Shown here piece by piece: positions 1 through 10,420 of a stretch of DNA of 64,000 nt. Position 1 is the stretch's first letter. Every line of letters starts with the position of its first letter. The stretch is from assembly GCA_965212015.1 (NCBI GenBank), contig OZ243037.1:544001-608000 (forward strand). Direction: 5' to 3'. Under the pieces are notes generated by a model that saw nothing but the letters and a program-made list of their open reading frames with translations, was not told the origin of the DNA and ran no database searches. The position numbers were made by a program, and so were the translations under genes. The DNA comes from Cenarchaeum sp. GTDB lineage: Archaea; Thermoproteota; Nitrososphaeria; Nitrososphaerales; Nitrosopumilaceae.

Positions 1-3000
1 CCGGATTCTGCCACATGCAGCGCAACCATCGCCATGTCGCTGTTTCTTGGATCAGAGACGTCAATCGCGGTTACCATGAGGTCAAATTCGCCGTCTTGCT
101 CCGGCGTCCATTCAAAAACCCCATCCACAGTTATCGATCCGTAACCCGTGGCCGAATCGTCCACCGTGGAAAATACTATCGGCCCGGTAATGTCCTCGTC
201 GTCGGCTATCAAGAATTGAAGCCGTATGGGCTCTGCCACGGGATAACTCGAGGATATGTTTGGTACTATTATCCTGAACGGATCCGTCACCGGCGTGACG
301 GTTACCTTCATGGTGTCCCGTATTTCACCCATGCCGTCTGACGCCGATACGGTTATCGTGGAATTGCCGTTTGCATCCTTTACCGAACTAACCTCCATCA
401 TCTCTCCGGAAATTCGCGCCCGGAGTATGTTCGGCTCCATGACGACTAGCTCGTATGCAAGATCATTGCCGTCCGGATCACTGAAATGATCGCCAAGCCT
501 GATTTCAAACGGTTCAAAATCCTCCAACATTGTAACGTCCCGCAGCGGCATGTCAATCACCGGAATGTCGTTTACATAGCCGACTTCCAGGACGAATGTA
601 TCCCTTGCAGATTCCATGCCGTCGTCTGCCGTAATGGTTATCACCACGTCGCCAAACGCCATGCCGACAGATGATATTTTCAGCATGTCTGCCTCTGTGA
701 TTTCAACTCTTGCCGCGCCGCCTGTCGCCATCGCATTATACGTCAAGTCGTCCCCGTCGACGTCCGCAAAGTGACTTTCTATTTCTATCTCAAATGGGGC
801 AAAGCTCTCGTCTCTCCCAAGATCTACAAACCCTGTCTCCAGTGTGGGCGGGTCATTCACCGGGTTTACCGTCATTTTAAGTTCGTCCCGTATGGTGATC
901 CTGCCGTCAGTTGCCGTTATTTCAAACGTGGCCTCACCGTTCAGGTCCTGTAGGGAACCCAACGTCAGCGTATTTCCAGAGGCGGACGCAGAGATCAGAC
1001 TAGCCGGGCCCGTCACATCAAACTCCAGCGCATCTCCGTCCGGATCACTGAAATGAATAGACAGGTCTATCAGAATGACGCCAAAGTCCTCGTCCCGTGT
1101 GACGTCCGGCAGCGGCGAATCCAATATGGGCGCATCGTTTATGGAATCAACCGTCAGGACGAATGTGCCGCGCGCCGTCTCCCCGTCTATGTCGGTTGCC
1201 GTTACAGTAATTGTCACGCCTCCAAACGCCATAGCTGTCGACGTTATCTCAAGCATGTTGCTTCCTGTAATTCCAGCCGTTGCCGCGCCACCGACAACTG
1301 TCACATCATACGCCAAGTCATCGCCGTCTATGTCTGTAAAGTGACTTTCAACTTCGATCTCAAAGGAGACAAAGTCCTCGTCCTGTGTAATGTCCTTGAA
1401 CGGCGAGGACAGTACGGGTGCGTCATTCACCGGCGTCACCGTCATCACAAAGCTGTCCTGTATCGATTCTGACCCGTCGCTTGCCGTTATCATCAGTGTG
1501 GCCGCACCGTTCAAGTCCTGTATGGATTCCACCGTCAGCACATTCCCAGAGACGTCCGCCGTGACCACGCCGTCCTGTCCTTCCACAGTATAGTCCAGGC
1601 TGCCCCCGTCCGGATCACTAAAATGAATAGACAGGTCTATCGTAAAGGCCTCAAAGTCCTCGTTCCGTGTGACGTCCGGCAGCGGCGAATCCAGCACCGG
1701 CGCATCATTTACGGAATCAACAGCAAGGATGAACTCATCGCTTGCCGTTTCCCCGTCCGGATCACCGGCCGTAACGGTGATTGTCGCGCTTCCGAATGCC
1801 ATGCTTGTCGCGGTGATCTCTAGCATGTCATCGCTCGTGATTACAACAGACACCACATCCACGTCTGTCGTCGCACCGTACGTCAGATCGTCTCCGTCCA
1901 CGTCCGTAAAGTTACCCGACGGGTCTATCGTAATGGCCGCAAAGTCCTCGTCCCGTGTAATGTCATTGAACAGCGAGGACAGTACGGGTGCGTCGTTTAT
2001 TGGCGTTACCGTCATCTCAAAGCTGTCCTGTATCGATTCTGGCCCGTCGCTTGCCGTTATCGTCAGCATTGTATTTCCGTGCGCATTCTGTATGGGATCT
2101 ATTGTCAGTGTGCTTCCGTCGATACTCAGAGATACAACTCCGCCGGTTGACTCGTTTACAGTGTATTCCAGACCGGTACCGTCAGGATCCCTGAAATGAT
2201 CCGACAGCATTACAGTAAAGGCCTCAAAGTCCTCGTCCCGTGTGACGTCCGGCAGCGGTGAATCCAGCACCGGCGCATCGTTTACGGAATCAACCGTCAG
2301 GGTGAATGTGCCGCGCGCCGTTTCCCCGTCTCCGTCGGTTGCCGTGACTGTAATTGTCGCGCTTCCAAACTCCATGCTTGCCGCAATGATCTCCAGCACG
2401 CCGTTATTCGTGATTCCAGCTGTTACCACACCCACATCTGACGTAGCATCATACGTCAGTACATCGCCGTCCACGTCAGTAAAGTTGCCCGACGGATCTA
2501 TTGTAATGGCCGCAAAATCCTCGTCCCGTGTAATGTCATTGAACATCGAGGACAGTACGGGTGCGTCATTCACAGGCGTCACCGTCATCTCAAAGCTGTC
2601 CTGTATCGATTCTGACCCGTCACTTGCCGTTATTGCCAGTGTGGCCGTACCATGCACGTTCTGAATCGAGCTGATTGTCAGAATATTTCCAGAAACATCT
2701 GTCGTGATTATACCGTCCTGGCCCGTCACAGTATAATCCAGATTGCCACCGTCCGGATCACCGAAATGGTCCGATAGGTCTATTGTAAGGGAGTTAAAGT
2801 CCTCGTCTTCCGTCCTGTCCTGTAACGGTAGATTTTGTATCGGCTCGTCATTTACGGAATCAACAGTCAGACCGAATGTACCGCTTGCCGTTTCTCCGTC
2901 CCCGTCGGTTGCCGTGACAGTAATTGTCACGCCTCCAAACGCCATATCTGTCGACGTTATCTCCAGCATGTTATCATCCGTGATCCTAACAGTTACCACA

Positions 3001-6000
3001 TCCACGTCCGCCGCTACAGCATACGTCAACTCATCCTCATCTACATCCGTAAAGTTGCCCGACGGGTCGATCATAAATGTCGCAAAGTCCTCGTTACGTG
3101 TAATGTCATTGAACGGCGAGGACAGTACGGGTGCGTCATTCACAGGCGTCACCGTCATCTCAAAGCTGTCCTGTATCGATTCCGTTTCATCGCTGGCCGT
3201 TATCGTCAGTGTGGAGTTCCCATGCGCATTCAGCACGGAGCTGACTGTCAATATTGAGCCAGAGATGCCGGTCGTGACGATTTCGCCCTGGTTGTCCACA
3301 GCATAATTTAGATTGTTGCCGTCCGGATCACTAAAATGAATAGACAGGTCTATTGTAAAGGCCTCAAAGTCCTCGTCCCGTGTGACGTCCGGCAGCGGTG
3401 AATCCAGCACCGGCGCATCGTTTACGGATTCAACAGTAAGGATGAACTCATCGCTTGCCGTTTCCCCGTCCGGATCACTGGCCGTAACGGTGATTGTCGC
3501 GCTTCCAAACTCCATGCTTGCCGCAGTGATCTCCAGCATGTTGTTTACAATACTTACTGTTGCTGCGTCACCGACTGATGTCGCATCATACGTTAATTCA
3601 TCCCCGTCGACATCCGTAAAGTTGCCCGACGGGTCTATCGTAATGGCCGCAAAGTCCTCGTCCCGTGTAATGTCATTGAACGGTGATGACAATACAGGCG
3701 GATCGTTTACCGGGGTTACCGTCATTTTAAATTCATCCCGAATCGATTCCGACCCGTCACTTGCCGTTATTGCCAGCGTGGCCGCACCGTTCACGTCCTG
3801 TATGGATTCCACCCTCAGCACATTCCCAGAGACGGCTGCCGTGACCACGCCGTCCTGGCCGCTCACAGTATAATCCAGGCCGTTCCCGTCCGGATCACTG
3901 AAATGATCCGACAGGTCTATCATAAAGGCCTCAAAATCCTCGTCCCGTGTGAGATCTGGCAGCGATGTATCCAGTACCGGCACATCATTGACGGAATCAA
4001 CCATTAGGACGAACGCACCGCTTGCCGTTTCTCCGTCCCCATCGCTTGCCGTAACGGTGATTGTCGCGCTTCCAAACTCCATGCTTGTAGATGAAATTTC
4101 CAGCATATTGTTCACGATACTGACTGTCGCCGCACCTCCGACTACCGTCGCACCATACGTCAGTACATCCCCGTCGACATCCGTAAAGTGGCTCTGAACT
4201 TCTATCTCAAAGGAGTCAAAGTCCTCGTCCCGTGTAATGTCCTCAAACGGCGAGGACAGTACGGGTGCATCGTTTACAGGCGTCACCGTCAACACAAACT
4301 CATCCTGTATGGTGGCCTCACCGTCGGTTGCCGATATTCTCAGCGTGGCGCTGCCATGTGCGTCCTGTATGGATTCCGCCGTCAGGACGTTTCCAGAGAC
4401 GGATGTCGTGACCAGATCATCCTGTCCCGTCACATCATACGCCAATGCGTCCCCGTCCGGATCGCTGAAGTGACCAGACAGGTCTATCGTAAAGGAGCCA
4501 AAGTCCTCCTGTACGGTCCTGTCAGGCAGTTCATCCAGTACGGGCGCGTCATTTACCGGAATGATTATCAGGATAAACAGATCCTCAGCCGTTTCCATGC
4601 CATCACTTGCCGTGACCCTTACCGTCGGGTTTGATGTCTCGTCCTTTATTGATGATATTTCCAGTATGTTCCCGTCTCTAATATTGACCGTTACCGTTTT
4701 GCCAAATAGTATCACGCTGTACTCCAGTATGTCCCCGTCAGGGTCGCTGAAATGCTCGTCAAGCTCTATCTCAAAGGGTACAAAGTCCTCATCCAGCAAT
4801 ATGTTGGAAATTCCTAATGATACGGGTGCGTCATTTACTGGCCTTACCACAATCTCAAAGCTTTCCGCTACGTTTGCAATGCCGTCATCCGCCGTCACCT
4901 GTATGGTGGTGTTCCCGTGTACGTCCGGTATGGAACTAATAGTCAGAATTCCCTCCGAAACATCATGCGATATGACGCCCGTCTCGGACTCTGTCACCGT
5001 ATACTCTAGCACGTCCCCGTCAAAATCGCTGAAATGATCCGCCAGTCTAACATCAAAGGCCTCAAAATCCTCGTCTATAGTCCTGTCCGGAATACTCTGG
5101 CTGGTCGGCACTTCGTTGATACGCCTGACCTCAAGCGCGAATGCTCCGCTTGCTGATTCTTCTGCGTCACTTGCCGTGACGGATATCATCACGTCCCCGT
5201 ACGCCATCCCCCTCGACGACACCTCCAGCGTGTCGTCCCGTATAATGCCGGCCGTCACCGTGCCGCCGTCCGTTTCAACGGAATAACTCAGCTCATCGCC
5301 GTCGACATCCGCAAAGTGTACGTCCAGTCCGATTTCAAACGCGTCAAAACCCTCGTCGACTATCATGTCCTGGAATTCCACGTCTAGTACGGGCGCATCA
5401 TTTACGGGGCTTATGACAAGCTCGAAATCATCTTGCCCGTCCAGGTTCCCGTCATTTGCAGTCACCGTTACGGTGGTGTTGCCGTTAATGTCCGGCATGG
5501 AGCTCAGGACGAGCGTATCCTGTATGATGGCCGTCCCTATAATTTCACCCGTCGATGTCACGTCAAACGTCAGCTCGTCCCCGTTCATGTCGGTAAAATG
5601 TGCCGACAGATCGGTCATGTCGCTCCCAAAGTCCTCCGGCAAAACGCGGTCAGGCAGCGTGGTTTTCACCTCCGGCGCCCTCTTTGGCTCGTTTACACGT
5701 ATGGTAAACCGGTCGCTTATCTCCGCACTTCCGTCCGATACTGTTATCGACACTGCCGCCCCGCCGTGCGCATCAAATACGGGTCCTATCCCCAGAATGC
5801 TTCTCTGGGTTATCTCTACAGTTATTATTCCCCCTTCGGTCCCCGCAGTATACGTCAGCTCATCCCTGTCCACGTCTGTGAAAAAGTCATCCAGATTGAT
5901 CATATACGGGGCAAAATTGGCCTCAAATATGTCCCCGCCCAGTATGGCAGTAGCCCTCGGCGGGTCGTTTACAGGCATTACGTCCAGCCCAAAACTTGCC

Positions 6001-9000
6001 GGTACGCCGTCGGCTGTCACCGTTATGGTTGCCGTACCGTGTATGTTGCTTATCGAGCGCATCACAATCTCGCCCTCCTCTATCGAGACTGTTGCCACAG
6101 GATTGTCTATTAATATGTCATATGCGGGATCGCTGTCAACGTCCGTAAAATGACCCTCCAGTACAATCCTCTCGATTCCAAAGTCCTCGTTTAATACTAT
6201 ATCATCAAACGGTATGGCCAGTACGGGCGGGTCATTTGCAGGTTCTATCTGCATGGCAAATTCCTTGCCCACATCTTTCGCACCGTCGTCTGCCGTCACT
6301 GTTACAGTCACGTTTCCGTGCGCATCAGGTACCGGCCTTATCCGTATGCTCTCACCTGTGATATCCAATAGAACGTATTCCGGAGCGGCTACGGCCGTGT
6401 AATCCAATTCATCCCCGTCCACGTCTGCAAAGTGTCCCGCCAGACTCACAGGGAACGCATCAAAATCCTCCACCCTTGCCACGTCTGTGAAACTGCCGAC
6501 TGCCACAGGCGGATCGTTTACCGGCGTGACAATAAAGTTGAACGTCTTGTCTGCACTCGCCCTCTCGGTGTCGACTGCGATTATTACAACCTCCCGCGTT
6601 CCGTGTGCGTCGGGCACCGGTTCCACATTCAGCCCCGACCCGTTCAAATTTATGAGCACCGTGCCAGAACCGCCCGGTCTCAGACCGTATGTGAGGTTGG
6701 TATCCTCTGGATCAAAAAAGTGGTCATCCAGGTCTATTGTGAACGCATCAAAGTCTTCCATTACGACTACGTCGGCTATTTTGTCGGCCAGCGGCCTGTT
6801 GTTTTTCGGGTCTATGGTACTTGGAGGTTCCAAATCGTCGTCGGGTCGGGGATCATCTGGGCCGGGATCCTTGTTGTCAGGTGGTTTTTCATCGTCAGGT
6901 GTAGGCGTATCGACTGGCGGCTCCGTCATGCCGGCGCGTATCACGACGCTTGCCTGTCTTGTTATTGTAAATTCGGCATCCGACGCCGTGACCTCTATTC
7001 TGCTCAGTCCCGTCCGGTCCGGTACGGAATCTACCGTGAGAATGACGCCGTTCACCTGTACATCCACTATCCTGCCGAACAGGTCAATGTTTTTGGTCTC
7101 TGCTGTGTATACTAGTGTGTCGTTTTCGGGATCGCCAAAGCGATCATTCAGGTTGATTGTAAACGGTTTAAAATTTTCAACAAGTGAATACCTTGTAGGC
7201 AGCTCGCCGTACGGCGGATCGTTTTCGGGCAGTACCATAATTGCAACCGCACTAGTCGCGCCCAGATCTCCGTCATTTGCCGTTATTTCGACCAATGTGT
7301 CCCCGTGGAGGTTCTCTATGGATCTTAGCTCCAGTGTGTTCCCTGAAATTCCCGCCCGTATAATTCCACCCGTCACCGCCTCGCCATATTTGAGCTCGTC
7401 CCCGTCAACATCCGTAAAGTATTGCGCAAGATCAATCCTCTCCACCCCAAAGTCCTCCCGCAGCGTAATGTCTCCGCGTGCCACCGGCACCGGCGCATCG
7501 TTTACCGGTGTTACTATTATCTCAAAGTCCTGCTCACGATCCGCCGTTCCCAGATGCGCCCTTATCGTGACAGTCGTGTTTCCGTGTGCATCCTGTACGG
7601 ATGTAATGTGCAGTTGGTCCCCGTTTATCTCTAATCCGACCAGATCCGAATCCGATAAGACGGCAAATTCCGCGCCTATCGTGTTAAAGTGGCTGGCCAC
7701 GTCAATTATCTCATTCCCAAAGTCCTCCCTTAACTCAAGATCGTCAAATCTGTCTCCCTCCGGCAGTTCGTTTGCCTCCGTTACTAGCAGGTTGAAATCT
7801 GCCCGAACCACATCCTGCGTATCATTCGCGATTATCCGTATTGTGGTGTTGCCGTGTGCGTTCGGTATGGACGTTACTGTGACTGTTGTGCCCTCGATGC
7901 TCGTCTCCGCCACGTCTTTATCCAGTGCACGTACCGAATACTCCAGTGTGTCGCTCTCCCTGTCAAAGAACCTGCCGCCCAGCTCTACCGTAAACGGCTC
8001 AAAGTCCTCCATTTTTTCCACGTCCTCAAACGGAATGTGGTTTACGGGCGGATCATTTACCTCGTCCACCATTATTGTAAAGGCCTCCTCATAAGCCACG
8101 CTTCTGTCTCCCACCAGTATAATAATTTCAGTCTCCCCGAACGCATTATTTACCGGGCTTATCCTCATGATGTTCCCGTCTATTACGACATTTACCACCG
8201 TCTCGTCGTATTCTGCCAGTTCAAATATTATGACATCGCCGTCTATCTCTGTAAAATGATCCGACAAGTCTATTGCAAGCGGCTCAAAGTCCTCTCGTAA
8301 AACATGGTCCTCCAGCCTTTCGACGTATATTATTTCGGTGTTCAGCAAGGTGTACGGAATGGCCAGTGAAAACTCGTGTATTATCGGCTCGTCTGCGTTC
8401 ACTGCAAAAAGCCTGTATCCGTCGTTTGAAAAAGCAAGCGCGCGGAACGAAAGATCTCCGTGCATGTAGCTTCCCACTATGGTCCCGTGCCGTATGTTCT
8501 CCCTAACTCCTGTTATATATTGTACGGTTCCCAGAAAGCTTGTTCCCGTGGCAAATATCTTGTGCCCGTTGCGGGAAAATTCTATGCCGCTGAGATCCAC
8601 ATCCGTGTTTGCTGGATGGTATGATTCTGTATATGTCGCCGATGTGACGTTGTACGGTGTGCTCAGATTATATCTGTGTATGCTTTGTATTCCGTTTGTA
8701 ACCAACATCGTGGACTGAATTTCGGAAAAGAGAATGTCCTGCGGGCTTATCGGCGGTGCGGCGGCAGATCCCGTCAGGTTTGTAACTCCGCCCATTGCAG
8801 CCCTCCCAATATTATACGGTTCTGGCAGATCGTATTGTATTATGCTGCTGTTCTCTTCGTCGACAACGAACATTATATGTCCGTCCCCCGAGAATGCTAG
8901 GCCGCGCACGTTTGTATTTTCCAGTTCCAGTGTCTCCTGTATGATTCTGCCGTCAAGCATGAACGGCCTTGCCAGCCCGTACTGTCTGATGTTGTCCGCC

Positions 9001-9488
9001 TCGTCGTCAGATATGAACAGCCTGTATCCGTCATCCGAGAACTCCATTCCGTAAATGTCGCCCACGAATACGTATTCCGGTCCGGTGGCGATCCGACGGT
9101 TCACGTCTATGGTAATCACATATTGGTTCGAGGCCGTATTGCCCATGCCGTCCGCGTTAAACGCGGAATTTGCCGGTATGGATATCGTTATCGGTCCGCT
9201 GATTGGTCCGCGGAATATCTCAAAGGCGTACATCGACGGGCTGATCTGCCTGAAATCTACCACATGCGGAAGAAACTCTGACGTCTCGCCTAGGGCAAAG
9301 ACGTCGCCGCTTTCAAAGCCGGTGACGTTTCCGTCAAACTGTACTATAAACGAGAGCACATGCCTGTTGGTGACACCGCCGTTCTGAATCTCCGATACAA
9401 GCTCGACGGACGGCCTTTCGGCATATGCCTGTGGGATCAGAAACATCACAAATGCGGCCAGGGCCAGCCACGCGGGTGTTTTTCTCAC
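1..9488 (-). CDS. Giant secreted/surface protein (>3160 aa, 3' end outside window): signal peptide, Ig-like domain, beta-propeller-like region, then roughly 25-28 cadherin-like (tandem-95 type) repeats
   Basis: GTG at 9488 reads MRKTPAWLALAAFVMFLIPQAYA (signal peptide). The same frame is still open at base 3 (...FEWTPEQDGEFDLMVTAIDVSD...). Repeated motif P.NDAP...D..EDF..F.IDLS.HFSDPDG..L.Y...AHG...VTA.DG. Pro/Asp-rich linker ~6790-6930. No minus-strand stop-terminated ORF is listed in the track here. Confidence 0.9.
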   Translation of the reverse strand, partial: MRKTPAWLALAAFVMFLIPQAYAERPSVELVSEIQNGGVTNRHVLSFIVQFDGNVTGFESGDVFALGETSEFLPHVVDFRQISPSMYAFEIFRGPISGPITISIPANSAFNADGMGNTASNQYVITIDVNRRIATGPEYVFVGDIYGMEFSDDGYRLFISDDEADNIRQYGLARPFMLDGRIIQETLELENTNVRGLAFSGDGHIMFVVDEENSSIIQYDLPEPYNIGRAAMGGVTNLTGSAAAPPISPQDILFSEIQSTMLVTNGIQSIHRYNLSTPYNVTSATYTESYHPANTDVDLSGIEFSRNGHKIFATGTSFLGTVQYITGVRENIRHGTIVGSYMHGDLSFRALAFSNDGYRLFAVNADEPIIHEFSLAIPYTLLNTEIIYVERLEDHVLREDFEPLAIDLSDHFTEIDGDVIIFELAEYDETVVNVVIDGNIMRISPVNNAFGETEIIILVGDRSVAYEEAFTIMVDEVNDPPVNHIPFEDVEKMEDFEPFTVELGGRFFDRESDTLEYSVRALDKDVAETSIEGTTVTVTSIPNAHGNTTIRIIANDTQDVVRADFNLLVTEANELPEGDRFDDLELREDFGNEIIDVASHFNTIGAEFAVLSDSDLVGLEINGDQLHITSVQDAHGNTTVTIRAHLGTADREQDFEIIVTPVNDAPVPVARGDITLREDFGVERIDLAQYFTDVDGDELKYGEAVTGGIIRAGISGNTLELRSIENLHGDTLVEITANDGDLGATSAVAIMVLPENDPPYGELPTRYSLVENFKPFTINLNDRFGDPENDTLVYTAETKNIDLFGRIVDVQVNGVILTVDSVPDRTGLSRIEVTASDAEFTITRQASVVIRAGMTEPPVDTPTPDDEKPPDNKDPGPDDPRPDDDLEPPSTIDPKNNRPLADKIADVVVMEDFDAFTIDLDDHFFDPEDTNLTYGLRPGGSGTVLINLNGSGLNVEPVPDAHGTREVVIIAVDTERASADKTFNFIVTPVNDPPVAVGSFTDVARVEDFDAFPVSLAGHFADVDGDELDYTAVAAPEYVLLDITGESIRIRPVPDAHGNVTVTVTADDGAKDVGKEFAMQIEPANDPPVLAIPFDDIVLNEDFGIERIVLEGHFTDVDSDPAYDILIDNPVATVSIEEGEIVMRSISNIHGTATITVTADGVPASFGLDVMPVNDPPRATAILGGDIFEANFAPYMINLDDFFTDVDRDELTYTAGTEGGIITVEITQRSILGIGPVFDAHGGAAVSITVSDGSAEISDRFTIRVNEPKRAPEVKTTLPDRVLPEDFGSDMTDLSAHFTDMNGDELTFDVTSTGEIIGTAIIQDTLVLSSMPDINGNTTVTVTANDGNLDGQDDFELVISPVNDAPVLDVEFQDMIVDEGFDAFEIGLDVHFADVDGDELSYSVETDGGTVTAGIIRDDTLEVSSRGMAYGDVMISVTASDAEESASGAFALEVRRINEVPTSQSIPDRTIDEDFEAFDVRLADHFSDFDGDVLEYTVTESETGVISHDVSEGILTISSIPDVHGNTTIQVTADDGIANVAESFEIVVRPVNDAPVSLGISNILLDEDFVPFEIELDEHFSDPDGDILEYSVILFGKTVTVNIRDGNILEISSIKDETSNPTVRVTASDGMETAEDLFILIIIPVNDAPVLDELPDRTVQEDFGSFTIDLSGHFSDPDGDALAYDVTGQDDLVTTSVSGNVLTAESIQDAHGSATLRISATDGEATIQDEFVLTVTPVNDAPVLSSPFEDITRDEDFDSFEIEVQSHFTDVDGDVLTYGATVVGGAATVSIVNNMLEISSTSMEFGSATITVTASDGDGETASGAFVLMVDSVNDVPVLDTSLPDLTRDEDFEAFMIDLSDHFSDPDGNGLDYTVSGQDGVVTAAVSGNVLRVESIQDVNGAATLAITASDGSESIRDEFKMTVTPVNDPPVLSSPFNDITRDEDFAAITIDPSGNFTDVDGDELTYDATSVGDAATVSIVNNMLEITAASMEFGSATITVTASDPDGETASDEFILTVESVNDAPVLDSPLPDVTRDEDFEAFTIDLSIHFSDPDGNNLNYAVDNQGEIVTTGISGSILTVSSVLNAHGNSTLTITASDETESIQDSFEMTVTPVNDAPVLSSPFNDITRNEDFATFMIDPSGNFTDVDEDELTYAVAADVDVVTVRITDDNMLEITSTDMAFGGVTITVTATDGDGETASGTFGLTVDSVNDEPIQNLPLQDRTEDEDFNSLTIDLSDHFGDPDGGNLDYTVTGQDGIITTDVSGNILTISSIQNVHGTATLAITASDGSESIQDSFEMTVTPVNDAPVLSSMFNDITRDEDFAAITIDPSGNFTDVDGDVLTYDATSDVGVVTAGITNNGVLEIIAASMEFGSATITVTATDGDGETARGTFTLTVDSVNDAPVLDSPLPDVTRDEDFEAFTVMLSDHFRDPDGTGLEYTVNESTGGVVSLSIDGSTLTIDPIQNAHGNTMLTITASDGPESIQDSFEMTVTPINDAPVLSSLFNDITRDEDFAAITIDPSGNFTDVDGDDLTYGATTDVDVVSVVITSDDMLEITATSMAFGSATITVTAGDPDGETASDEFILAVDSVNDAPVLDSPLPDVTRNEDFEAFTIDLSIHFSDPDGGSLDYTVEGQDGVVTADVSGNVLTVESIQDLNGAATLMITASDGSESIQDSFVMTVTPVNDAPVLSSPFKDITQDEDFVSFEIEVESHFTDIDGDDLAYDVTVVGGAATAGITGSNMLEITSTAMAFGGVTITVTATDIDGETARGTFVLTVDSINDAPILDSPLPDVTRDEDFGVILIDLSIHFSDPDGDALEFDVTGPASLISASASGNTLTLGSLQDLNGEATFEITATDGRITIRDELKMTVNPVNDPPTLETGFVDLGRDESFAPFEIEIESHFADVDGDDLTYNAMATGGAARVEITEADMLKISSVGMAFGDVVITITADDGMESARDTFVLEVGYVNDIPVIDMPLRDVTMLEDFEPFEIRLGDHFSDPDGNDLAYELVVMEPNILRARISGEMMEVSSVKDANGNSTITVSASDGMGEIRDTMKVTVTPVTDPFRIIVPNISSSYPVAEPIRLQFLIADDEDITGPIVFSTVDDSATGYGSITVDGVFEWTPEQDGEFDLMVTAIDVSDPRNSDMAMVALHVAES
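1030..4500. repeat. Near-identical intragenic tandem repeats, ~570-bp period (two cadherin-like domains per unit)
   Basis: ccgtccggatcact(g/a)aaatga...caggtctat and aaagtcctcgtcccgtgtgacgtccggcagcgg recur near 1040, 1610, 2180, 2750, 3320, 3890 and 4455. Confidence 0.85.
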
Positions 9489-9849
9489 TATTCTTGTTTG
9501 TCGGCATATCTTATTACAATTTATGATCGTATAGCGCACGGTATGCGGGGAATTGGGCACGAATCTGCCAAATCATGCACCGATTCCCGCATGGGCCAGC
9601 TTTTAGGAGATGTCGGCAGACTCGTACTAGTTTGTGGTATCTGAATATTCGCATGAGGTCACTATACCAGCTTAGTCGGCTATGCACGGGCCGTGTGCCC
9701 TCCATGTCAGGACGCATGTGACAAATCTTGGCATTTCTTCGTGGTTTGATGCCATGAAATCCCGGCTTTGTGTACTGGCAAACGATTGCCGTCTATTTGT
9801 GCCCAAGGCCTTGCGATTATTTTTAATACCGGCTCGGGATATTCTGGGC

Positions 9850-10182
9850 ATGAAGGAATATCTGGAAAAAATTCACGTTGAGAATTTCAAGAGCCTGAGG
9901 AATTTTGATATCGAGTTGGGCAAATTCAACGTCCTTGTTGGCCCCAATGGTTCTGGCAAGACCAATGTTCTGGAATTATTCAAATTCATCAGCTTGTGTG
10001 TTTCCCCCGATCGAAACCCTCCGCATCCTTTTTCTCCCTGGCAGGGTTTTAACAATATTGTGTGGTCTGGCAAGGAAGAGCTTTTAATTTTGTTCTCGTT
10101 ACAGTATTCCATGCATGATCCTTGTTTATCGCATCTGGGGAGTGCCACCAAGGATTTACACTCCGTAGATCTGACACTTTAA
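9850..10182 (+). pseudogene. Truncated AAA_15/AAA_21 (SMC/ABC-like) ATPase, N-terminal fragment only
   Basis: MKEYLEKIHVENFKSLRNFDIELGKFNVLVGPNGSGKTN: typical N-terminus with Walker A. It stops after ~110 aa with no Walker B or signature motif. Confidence 0.75.
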
Positions 10183-10420
10183 CCATAGGCATGCTACTGA
10201 ACAGTTCTTTATATAAGCCATCTAATCACACTGAATAGTTCTTTATATAAGACACAGAACCCTGCTGAACGGCCACTCTGGTACGCCTGCAATCCAGCTC
10301 GGAGGCAAAATGGCGATCTGCCCGGCCATCTGGCAATCCAAAGCCATCAGGGAATTGTGCAGATGCGCCAGAATCCGCCCCAGAAAATAATCAAGACCGG
10401 TGTGCGGAGCAATATCTGAC

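Noticed and set aside
15-9644. Numerous plus-strand Ser/Thr/Val-rich ORFs (e.g. 6487-8094, 535 aa)
   Set aside because: They are antisense shadows of the giant minus-strand repeat protein.
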